Shown here one piece after another: positions 46,966 to 58,005 of a DNA stretch of 64,000 nt (the first letter of the stretch is position 1; the number at the start of each line of letters is the position of its first letter). The position numbers were made by a program, and so were the translations under genes. The notes beneath the pieces are model-generated. The model was given only the letters and a program-made list of their open reading frames with translations. It ran no database searches and was not told where the DNA came from. Source of the DNA: Lama guanicoe (lineage: Eukaryota); the NCBI GenBank assembly GCA_013239625.1, contig MU054662.1, forward strand, positions 13,133,798 to 13,197,797, given 5' to 3'.

Positions 46966-48374
46966 TGAGAGCTTCAAGTAGAAGGAAGTATGTCTCATAG
47001 GACATAGCAAATAATGGAGAGGTAAAAACCTTAAACATTCATGTTTTGAAACAAAAGCTGTTTAAAATAAACTCTTAGATGAAAATAAGCTGTGTATTTC
47101 AACTTAAACCCCAGAGTGTTAGGCAGGTTTTAACTGGAGAAATTCCATTTAGAGGACACCGTTCAGCAGGCCCACGCTTCAGTTCTGCTGCTCAGCCTTC
47201 CAGTCTCAACTCCGCACCTGGTCCCAGTCACTGCCTCCTCGTCCCTCATCAGAAAGGCTTACGGAGCTTTGAGAGCCAATGAGAGATGCTCAGTGATCTC
47301 CCCGAAGAACTTCCTGGTCTGACCGGATTTGACGTCCTAGATGGCACGCGGTCCCTCCACGAGGCCTGTCTGGGTCAGCTGGTATCACCAAGCGCAGAAG
47401 GTGGCCCTTTGGACATTTCCAATTTTACCTCTTTCATGGTGCTCATTCCTCCAACAGTATTTACTCACCCTACCGGTTAATAATTGAACGTGGAATGTGC
47501 CGTGGCCCCGGTGCCTCATTTGTTTGTGTAGTGATGTATCTTTTCACTATGTCTGCCACCTAAATTAGCTGTCTGCACCCCGGCCTTCCGCCCTCGAGCA
47601 GGGGCAGGGAAGAGGCTGCTTAATTAGCTCCCGGTATTTGCTCTCTCTGCGGCCAGTTTCTTACATCTCTATCCTAAGAGCTGCAAGAGAATACTGTTTT
47701 TTTTTCTTTTTATACAGTTGTTTCCCATCTTAGATATGAGATCCTCATGAGAGTTCCTCTCTGAACTCAATGCTTGAGTGAATGAATAAAGGAGTAAGTG
47801 GGAAAACATGGCAAGGACAAAAAAGATTTCCTAATGAACGGAAGACGGCACGTACGGAAGGTGGCATCCTTTGTAGCTTGAGGGTGTTGGTTTTTAAAAA
47901 TGATCATAGGATTTGGTTCCAGTTAGTCTCATTCCCTAGTCGTCATCAAAATAAGTAATTTATTCAACAGAATATCAAACAGAAAGGAAGCAACGGTTGC
48001 CAGTTGAGGTCCCTCCTGCCTGTTTCCTCAGTCACTTGTGCTCATTGCATGGCTGCCTTCCTAGTGTCAGGAAGTTGAACATCGGCACCTTCTTTGGGCG
48101 TTTCCACTGCACCCCCAATTCTCCGTCCTCTGCCTACAGCAGTACGTCCTGGTAGGAAGGAGTATGTCCCTAACAGGTTTCCAAAAGCACTTCTCTATGT
48201 GTATGTTTTAATGGGGTGCATTCTGGGCAAAGATAATGAAAATGCATCCAGTCATTTAGCTGCCACGCTGAAGAATAACTAGATAAGCCTCCCCTGAAGA
48301 ATGGAAAGATAACGGCAAAGATTCTCATTACCCTGAAGTGGTTTGGTAAATAAGGAGTCCGACAAAGGCTGGTT

Positions 48375-48640
48375 GGAGGATGCTTGCTGGATGGGCTGAC
48401 AGGTGAAGAATGGATAGATGGTTTAAATAAATAGGTGGGGAACAGTCATGTGAGGGAGGTGCATGAGTGAATAGATGGAATGAGGGTTGGATAAATGGGG
48501 AAATAATATGTGAATGAATAGGTGAGTGGTTAGCTGATGGAGAAATAAATTGGTACATTGATGATTGATGGAGCTGAGAGGCCAGATGAAGTGGAAGACC
48601 GATAAACGCCCATGCCAGCGGGCGAGCAGATGGATGGGCA
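48375..48640. repeat. Degenerate (GGAT/GAAT)n low-complexity tract
   Basis: Recurrent tggat/gatgg/tgaat units. Confidence 0.7.
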
Positions 48641-49965
48641 AGTGCTGTGGTGTGAACAGGAGCGGGACAGGGTCAGGTGTGGCTGGGGAGAGGATGATTA
48701 AACGAAGAAGGGAAAAGGGGAGGGTAACAGGGAGCGCCAGAGGCATTAAGATGTGAGACTGGAAATCCGTTTCCTCGACAAGTCATGATTTTACAATGAG
48801 TGTGAGGAAATTGGAAACTCTCAATCACTGGTTCCTACCACATCCGTGGTATTTTAATTTACAAAGAACATGATCTAGTCTATCCACTTATCTGTGTTCC
48901 ATCCCCTGTGGGGGAAACAGAGTCACGAAAGACCAGAGATTAGCCCTCGTCTACCCAGGAAGCCATTCGAAACGAGCCTCATCACTCGAGCTCCAGGTCT
49001 TGGCCAGGGAAGCGGTTCAGTCAGATGGAGAATCTTGACCCACTTCCTGCTGCGTCCCCAAATCGTAACAGTCACGGGCCTAGGCTTTACTCGGGCAGTC
49101 CTGAGGAACCCAGTGGTTGAAAAAGAAACAACAATTGCTCAGAGGTTTGACAGAACACACTGAGGGGTGTAAATTCACCAGTGGTGGCGCTGAGGAAACA
49201 AAGACTCGCAGGGCCAGTCCGGTCCCAGGCCACACGTCTATTCAATGGCAGCCGATGTATACACGGTTGGTGAGAAGCTGGGTTCCAGGAAAGTGCTCAA
49301 TACCCGTTCCTCCAGCGAGCATACGAATGTGCGACGAAGGTGGAGGAGATGGGGCTTCACTGAACGAGAAAGACGTCCTGGGAAAGGCAATCAGAGGAAC
49401 GGAGCCGGCTCCCCTGTCTCCTCCTCATGCTACTACCCGAGGAGCTCACAGGAAGGCTGAGACAGAGAACAGGGACGCCCGTGGTCCTGTTGCCCTGTGA
49501 GTGCCACAGTAAACCGAAGACGGAGAGCAATTAACCCAGCGGCCCTATTACCCTGTGTGTCTGGCAGTGGACCTAAGACAGAGGAGAACTGATCCAGTGG
49601 TTCCACTGCCCCATGAGCACGCCAGTAAACTAAGCCGGAGAAGAGTGAATCTGAAGGCATACACCGTAAAGAACAGACGGAGAGCACGGTCACCGTATTT
49701 TCTCTTACTTACTCTTGCCCAAGTGGGGCTTAACTCGGCGGGGTCAGGCCGCAGGGACTGCCGAGGAAAGCCCAGACTGAGCAGTGCCTGGTCATCCTGC
49801 TCCTGAGGCTTCGCTCCTGATTTCACCTTAGCCTAGGCCAACAAATAATTTCGACTTCGCGGCTGCAGCTGGATTTCATATTATCTGCATTTTATATGAC
49901 TTGTAAATGGCATAGATTTGTGATACACAAGTGTAATGTGAAAGTGCCCAAACTGCCTAGCATTC

Positions 49966-50066
49966 TGTGTGCGTGTGGGTGCACATGTATGTGGTGGGTG
50001 CACGTGTGTGTGTGGAGGTGCACGTGTGTGTGTGGGTGCACGTGTGCGTGTGGGTGCATATGTGCA
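49966..50066. repeat. 18-20 bp minisatellite (GGGTGCACGTGTGTGTGT-like, 5 units)
   Basis: Units carry gtgca followed by catg, cgtg, cgtg, cgtg, tatg. Confidence 0.9.
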
Positions 50067-50206
50067 TAAAGCGGTGGGGGGAGGGAGAGAGAGAAGCCAG
50101 TTTTCTGACTGCATCGACTCCCCAGAGCCAAAAACGCACACAGCCTACCTAGCCCTTCTCCATTCCTGGAAACCCAGTGAGATGTCCTAATAAATAGCCC
50201 CCCAAA

Positions 50207-53200
50207 AGTTACAAATTTCTTTGAACTTTATTGATACACTGCACAATCACAACCATCTTGTATCCATCCTGAATTAGAAAAGGTTACAACTACAATGTAA
50301 CATGCACAAAATTCAGGTAGTATATTCACCCTTAATACAATTATTGACAGAAATCAAGTCTCCGTTGATTTTTGAAGGAAAACATAAGAAAGAAAATAGA
50401 AGGAAAAAACTCTAGAAGGCTGACAAAGTTATACTCTTGTATCATGTGATAAAATTTTAAAGCATTTGAACACAGATTTGCTTTAAGGATAGCTGGGAGT
50501 GAGCGCACCTGTCTGACACAGCTGTAACGGCACCATTGATAAGTCAAAAAAATTTTTTTTAATCTAGAGGACTCTGGACTTGACAGACACATCTTCGTAC
50601 ACCCACACATTCCTCACAACTGCACTGTACACGTCACACAAGTTTTCCAATGATTAAAAACGCTCCCTTTAACTAACACAAGGGCAGGCGTGATTACACA
50701 TCATTGCTATTATGGATACCATTATAAATCTGCCGATAGCGTAGAATGCAGCCCCGAAAAGATAGCAGAGGGTTCACCGCCTTTCCTTCCCCACTCACTG
50801 TGGTGGAGCAACTGAAATAACGTGGTGCCTTTAAAAGGGCACCGTGGGAAGAAACAAAACGGAATCTCTTCTAAACTACGGGAAATGAGGCTTCGCGGAC
50901 CACTTCCAGGATGAAGACAATCGCGTCTAATTAAGTCCACTCCACATTCCCTCGGGCTGTATCTTGCACCTGAAGGCTGAATTGCTCTGGTCCAGCTCTA
51001 TCTTTTCTCCACGTCGTTTCATCGCAGGTCTGCTGCTTCCTCCTCTCATTACTTGTCTTCTCCTAAGAAGCGAGGGAAACGAGCCTGGCGCTTTCATTTG
51101 TTTGCTCTCAGTGATCATCGGTGCTCATCACACAGCATCTTTTGCAAACGTTGCCTTCCCAGCGACACACCTGTGACGTTCTGCTGCAACTGCTCAAACT
51201 TCCTTGTCTTAGAATAAAAAGACAGGGAAGCTCTGGGTACTCGGAGGGGAGGCAGCCGGACTGAAGTTTCTAGGAGTCGGGATCACGCGAGACAAAAAAA
51301 AAGCTGATTCTCGTTTGGGGGTAAAAAGAGGAAAAGTGAACTTTGCCAACAAGAAACATTTTATGCTGCTTCCTCTACTTCCGCTGATGCCAAAGAGATT
51401 GCATTTTGTTTTGGAGTTTTTTGTTTGTTGGGCTTTCTGGAGGGAGGGGTGAGCTGGTTCCAGGTGCTGCAAAGCCGGGTTTTCTCTGGTGGGGGCTCAG
51501 GGTCAAACCGGGAAAGTCGACGTCGTCCTCATACCCCGCCTGGCCCTGGGCCTTCCTCCCCTCCTACTGATGCTGGCGACACCACACACAGTCACGGACA
51601 AGGAAGCGTTTCTGTCGGCACAGGAGGCCCCCGCCACGTTACAGCCGCCCCCGACGCAGTGCCGCCGACGGCTCTGAGACCGGCTCCCACTGTAAGTTCT
51701 CTCCTCTGTTCACGTGGGTTTTCCCGGCATACGTCGAGCTGGCTAACCCCTCCACGTTGGGAGCAAGCTGACTGGACTGGTGCAGACACAGGCCCTTGAA
51801 CTCACCCTCGGTGGTGGGGTTCCCAGAATCCCAGAGCACGCTTCCACCCAGGTTGTGAGAACTAACTGTCCAGCCCCTGAAATGCATTGTCTGGTATGCG
51901 GTGTGGGTTTCGGGACCAAGAGCCCCAGGCGTACTTCTGATTCAAAGTCTCCTCTTGACTGCTGTTCCGTTGAGCACAGCCGCATCAGAACCGCCGCACA
52001 CAATCCTCCCTGCGCAAAGTAAGGTGCACGGGCTGACCGCCGCTCGCCTGCAAGGCCTCCCTCCCCCAGCTAAAACAGGAACGAGGAAGACGAAACGCAC
52101 TTGCTTAGACTTGTAGGAGACTGTATCAGGCACTTGACAGTAAACCACTGAGACCAAGCTTGGCCGGAGCCGGACACTCGAACGTTCATGGGCATGACTT
52201 TGGTGGACGCACATGTGAGCTTGGTCCTGGACAGGGGGCTCTCGGAGCACCTGCATTGCTGAATTCTCCCATTCAATCCCCTGAGAAGCCTTGTCTGGTT
52301 TCCTCCCCATGTGCAAACCTGTGCCGAGCTGCAGGTTCCCGGGGACCCGGTGCTTTGCCCTCCTTCACCCTAACCGCCACCTCCACCCCTGGCGCCTCGA
52401 AGGCAGTCTCTCCAGCAGGACTGATGCACCTGCTCTCCGTATATAAAGTGGAAAGAGTGTGAGAATCAAGACCGTCTTGAATGAGCGTTGGCTGTTCTAT
52501 GTGCTTCAGAAGGCTACTGTCCTGGGGAGCCATCCCCACCAAGGTAGCCCACGCAGCATGCGTGCTGGAGGACGCCCGCCGTGGAGAAGGCGTTCCTCTC
52601 CCAGTGCCCCTTGGGTCTTACTTACTTGGTTTTCTTCATCCCAGACAGGGGAGGATGGACGGTAGGACTTTTTCCCTCTGAAACGTGGCTGGAACATGTA
52701 ACTAAAGATGTCCTTCCTGGTGTCCAGTGGGAGAGGGCAGCGCAGTGTCCGCAGCGATGCTGAGACCCAGTCTCCTTGTGCTCAGTAGGTTCCGGGATCT
52801 TCCAGCCGAAGAAGGATGGACACCTTTAGATCAAGCCTTGGAGTGAAGGACACACCCAGCTTGTCCGTTTCAAGCACACTATTCTCCAAGACTGTCCATG
52901 CTACCCGGCCTCTGCACTATTTTACCCCAAGCTAACACCTGTATTACTAGGAGGACCTTCAGGTGACACATTAAATTCTCGTCCAGTGCCCACAGTGACA
53001 GAGCTGAGGCACTGACGTCTGACCGTGCATTCTGACCCTGTGCTGGCTCGAGACTGTCCCTGGAGCGTGGAATCCACACGCTGCTTTTGGCATATCATTT
53101 CTGGTCCCCAAGTCTGGCTCCTGGGAGCTCCCTCGGAAATGCGGATGGATGTTTAAGTGAGCAAATCTAACATTAATTTCACTCACACCAGCTCTAACTC

Positions 53201-55287
53201 TTACCAAAGCGCCTCGCTCTTTGTATGCCACGTGTGCACGTGCATGTGTGTGTGTTTCCCACTCTGAGGCCGCGTTCACGTGGCATCCTGCACAGAAACA
53301 AAGGGGCCACGCAGAGGAGGAAGCCCAGTCAAGCACCAAGGGCGCGGGACTCTGCGGGCTGGAAGTTTCCCGGTCCTCCGGGCTGTGCGCCCGTGGTTCT
53401 CGCCCCTCGCAGCTCACCCGCTGCGGCACAGGAAAAGGGCGCAGCCCCGCGTGCTTTCCGAGGCCATTTCTTCGCATCAAAGGCGCCCTGGCTGGCTGAG
53501 CCCTTCTCCTCCCAGGAGATGGTGCAGAAAGATCAGGTCAGCTCTTCTCTGTGCGTTGGGGCCGCCCTGAACGTGGCGAGCTGAGGGCTTCGCCCTCAAA
53601 GCCACCGGAGAAGCAGCGTGTCCCTTGCACTGTCCCCTCCTGCTTGCTGTGTGGCATTAGCAAGTGCTCAGAAATTAAGTCAGTTGCTCAAGTGCCCTCA
53701 GCTCAGAAGACCTTCCTGAAGCAAATACCACGTCAACAACACACCCGCCGTGTAATTGGCTTCCATCAGCTTTTCACTGGATAGTTTTCAAACAGATTAA
53801 GCCAAAGCTGGACCAGAGGAGACGGGAGTTGAAGTCGCTCCGCTCGGACGGACCGCGCGCCTCTTACTGCAGACGCAGATGTGTGTCCTCCTCTTCCTGT
53901 CTTGCCGCTAAGGACGGTCCCTAGGTTCCCGACGTGGGCTTCCTCGAAGGGCTGAGAAGCATGGAGACTGGCACTTCAGTCCTTCCAGTGACAAAGAAAA
54001 AAAGCACGCTAGCAATCCAGGCTTCCCCAAGGCTGGGCTGCTTCCCAGGAAGACGCTTCTGGAAACACCGTCTCTTCCGGGAACCGTGGGTGACTGCTCA
54101 CGAGATTGCTCCTTTGGTCCGTCTGTTACCAGCATCGACTCCGGGCAGACGGGCACCGCGTTCCAGAGAGCCCCTTACGTAGTGCTTGTCTGTGTCGTTA
54201 GCCCGTGAGCTCACTGGCTTTCACACGAGAAGCTGATAGGTAATTCTGGAGATGCCAGTGTCTGCTGAAGGTGGGGGAGAAGTGAACACGGGGGGACAGA
54301 CACAAAATGATTAGAGACTGATACGGTGATGGACTGGTGGTGAGTCGTGGGGAAATAAACAGAAAGAAATGCTAGGAAATGACACCGATGGACTGATAAA
54401 TACAGTAAATACATTGCTAGAGAGGGGGCCGGGCGGGTGGATAACTGGATGGGGCGATGAATCGGACAGGTGAATAGATGGGTAACTGTATGATGACTTT
54501 GAGGGAGAGCTTGATATAACCTAAATAATCAGCCACGTGTGGACCATTTTTCACGACACGGACGGCATTTTTTAAAGAGAAGGACTGTTCTCAAAACGCC
54601 TCCCCCTCTTTTGGTCACACAACTTCTAAACTTTCAGTTTTGGGTTGTGCGCATATCCCCAAACCTCGAATCCCCAGTAGAGAAAGCAAACAGGGCAGAA
54701 TGGCTAGAAAAGATTGCAATATTTCAGGTAGAGAGAGAACTTCCCGGAAAGAAAGGCCGTGAACCCTAGTGTAATTAGGTAATAATACACTGGAGGCAGC
54801 GATATGTACATTAGAGTCAGGAGAATGGTCCAAAGCTGGAGAGACACAGATCGCAGGACGCCTGGACAGAGCTCTCGCTGTGCACTACGTTACAAGCCAA
54901 GTCGTGTCTTCAGGGTGTTTATCATGAGGCACATTTTTTGCGCAAATGGAGCTTATGATTTGGTGCGGGGCGGGGGGTGGAGGCGGTGATGAGGGGGAGC
55001 AGAGGAAAGGGGAGGGGCCACGCTGGCAGGAACGGACTCTACTGCTGGCCTCGCCCACGAATGACCATCCTGCACATGGTAGAACCCTGCTCGCCCCTCC
55101 CCTCAGCCCTGCTCGTTCAAACTGGGAAAGAAAAATCAAGCAAACAAAACGAATAAAAGTGAAAAATCGAGAAGGAGAAGACAAAAAAGAAACGAAAAAG
55201 AAGCCCAGACTGGTTTGCCCTCCGCAGTGCAGGTAAAGTCTGTGATGTGGAGAAGCAGGCATTGCTCAGAAGACCTATGGTTTCTCA
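50207..55287 (-). other. OPCML: OPCML 3'UTR (~5.1 kb; end approximate)
   Basis: Follows the OPCML stop on minus; the proximal part resembles the recalled human UTR. A U-rich terminal segment (50220-50720) ends at a minus-strand AATAAA. Confidence 0.78.
50227..50232 (-). terminator. OPCML: Distal poly(A) signal of OPCML (AATAAA on minus)
   Basis: Plus TTTATT at 50227-50232; minus reads gtgcagtgtatcAATAAAgttcaaagaaatttgtaac, preceded by U/GU-rich UTR. Confidence 0.72.
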
Positions 55288-55388
55288 TCAAAACTTGATG
55301 AAGAAGTGAGCAAAGAGGGTCCCCGACAGCCAGAGGCCGGCCAGCACTCTGGACGCCGAGTTTACACCATCAATGACGGCTCCAGGCC
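55288..55388 (-). CDS. OPCML: Opioid-binding protein/cell adhesion molecule-like (IgLON family), terminal coding exon encoding the GPI-anchor signal; partial CDS
   Basis: Minus-strand acceptor ctgtctctctctccctacacAG (AG = plus 55389-55390). Phase-1 translation gives (G)PGAVIDGVNSASRVLAGLWLSGTLFAHFFIKF*, TGA at 55290-55288, followed by a second TGA. Matches the recalled human OPCML C-terminus GPGAVIDGVNSASRALACLWLSGTLLAHFFIKF. Confidence 0.96.
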
Positions 55389-57047
55389 CTGTGTAGGGAG
55401 AGAGAGACAGACGTTTAGCGCTCGCCCGCGGGCGCCCTGCTCACCCCTGACAAGCACCTGACAGACATGCTTCTCCGTGGGCGCCCCGCCCCCACCCCAG
55501 CCCACCCCGAGCCTCCGGGTCTGCGTCCGGCAGGAGAGCCCGGCCAGAGTGCTGAGACTCGCCGGGGCGCCGGCAGCCGGCAGCCTGCTCCAAAGACAGG
55601 GGCTCGCGGGTAGAAGTGGCAGAGGGAGGCGGTGGCGGTCGGTTAGGCTTGGGGCTGAAGGCGAGGGCAGGGCCTTCTTGCGCTGCATCCCCACCTGGGC
55701 GCTACCCTTGGACAGAGCGTCCGGGGCCGACGGGGAGGGAGGGCAGGGCGTAGGCGTGAGGGGAGGAGAGTCGGAGCGGAGATCCGCACGTGGGGGCGGG
55801 GGAAGGGAAGGCGTGGGAGACCCAGGAGTCTAGGTGGTGCTGTGGCCGGCCTCCCGCCTGGCGTAATGGGATGTGGTGGTGACTTCTGAAGCGGCTGAGG
55901 GAGAACGAGCAATCACACCCCAGAGTCTTAAAGACGGGACGGGTCTGTGCCAGCGGTCAGCGATGCGTCTCCAGGGCAACGATGAGGGCGGCCCGTTCTC
56001 CGCCCCACCTGCCCCCGGACGCCCCGCCTGGCAGCGTCCTCCTGCGGCCTCCCCCTTCTTCCCTCTCCCTGGCCCCCAGACGCAGCCCTAGGGAGCCGGT
56101 CACATTCCACTGTGAGTCCTACGTGCCACACCGCCCCCTTCGTCTGCCACCGCAAGAAGAGGGCCCTCGCCTGCTCCAAGGCCCAGGGCGGAAGGGTCAG
56201 CCTCCAGCTCTGCCCCTGTGCCCCTCCGTCACCTTAGTTACAAAAGCCTTGAGAATTCAGGATCGGGAGCAAGAGCCAGCGAGCAGCGTGCTCCAGGGAA
56301 AGCAAGATCAGGTGCACCCCAGTGGACAGAAGCCCTAGAGAGGCATCCTTGGAGGCCCAGAAACAGAGGGAGGGGTGCAGACAAAACAGGCGTGCCTCAT
56401 CCAGCTTCCCAGGCGGGACTCACTGCCTCCTGCATAGTCAGTCGGCTTGCTGAATAAGCATGACCATTTAAAAAGTGTCGGTGGAGTGGGGTTGCCCGCG
56501 ACAGACCCCGCGTCACTTGGCCTGCGTGTCGGCGTGGAGGTGCGGCGGCGTGGTCCCGGCCCTGCTGGGCGGGCACGGGGCTCACGGGTGGCCAGGGGCA
56601 GAACGGGTCTCGCGCTCCAGCAGAGCACCCAGCTGTTCGGCTGCGGGGACCTCAGCGCGATACCTGTTCTGTCTCTGACTTCCAGTGCGGACCGTTCTCC
56701 TAGTTACTGAAAACTCATGTCTACATGATAGCTTTAGAGTGTGGCTCATGGTTCCCTGTGCTTCTCCTATAGACTATTCACAGAACAGGGCAGACTCCAG
56801 GCCCCAGCCCATCACTGTGGTCGCCGTGGGAGTTTCACAAACACCTATGGAAAGTGGCCTGACTCCGGGCCCCATCGGCCGGGCCCCCGTCCTAGGGAGT
56901 CACCCTGGCTACAGAATGCACTGAGCTGGAAAAGGCCGTGTGAAGCTCAAGGTAATCATATGCTCTTTTGCAGAGCATGAAGGATTTAGATTTTTAAATG
57001 AGTTTATAAGGAAGTGAGCAATGCAGATTTGCAAGACCCATGTTTCC

Positions 57048-57390
57048 TTAAAGTATATTTAAAATATAAAATATATCTTATAAAGTATATATAATATAAA
57101 CTTTATATTAAAATATAAAGTATATATGTTTATATTGTAATATAGAGAATATTAAAATGAAAAGTATGTATTATTCTTTAAAGAATATTTAAAATATGAA
57201 GTATATAAAGCACATATTATAAAGTATGTGTAATATAAAGTTTATATTAATATATAAGGAATATTTAAAATATAAAATATATATAACTATATATAACATT
57301 TCTATTATAAGGAATACTTAAAATATGAAGTATGCAATGTAAGAATATTAAAGCATAAAGACACACAGTATACGCATAAAGTATACGACG
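57048..57390. repeat. AT-rich low-complexity island with internal duplication
   Basis: Almost entirely A/T; atatttaaaatat-type motif four times; taatataaaStttatatta twice. Confidence 0.92.
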
Positions 57391-57799
57391 TGCATAGCTG
57401 GTTGTACAAGTTTACACGTGCAGATGTGGTGTGTGCACATCTTTGTCTAACTCATGATATTGATAGCTACTTGAGAAACAACTGAATGAGCTCCATGCCA
57501 GTCGGAGACGAATCGCCTTGTTCCGAGTTCTACCAGTGGACCGAGTGTCCCTTTGGATCCCCGGCCACCAGCACGAGGCTGGATGTAGCTAAAACAAAGG
57601 GAGAGGAGAAGGATTTGGGAAGGCAGAGCATAAAGGTGCGAGGTGCGCAGAGAGCAGAGGCAGGAGGCAGTTGCCGTGAGATGTCCGCGCTGGTCAGCCG
57701 GGGGGCTCTCAGCCCCCCGGGGCTCACCCCAGGTGGGAGCGCCAAGGCACGGGGCCCTGCGGGGGTCGGCATAGGGCCTGCTCAGCCCGCGGATGGGGG

Positions 57800-58005
57800 T
57801 GATGATAACGAGTATTTAGAGGGTCTTCTCTGCGTGGCGAGAATGTCTCTAAATCCAAGCGCCTATTAACCCGCTGAGTCTTCTCTGAACCCCGTGGCAT
57901 TCCCATTTTATAGACGGGGAGCTAAAGAGCAGAGCAGCTCGGCACCCTGCCTGGGGCCACACAAGGCACAGAGCGGGACGAGATGAGCAGGGTGAGAACC
58001 AAGTC
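57800..58005 (-). mobile_element. MIR fragment
   Basis: gataacgagtatttagagg...ttcccattttatagacggggagctaaagagcagag...cctgcctggggccacaca. Confidence 0.6.
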
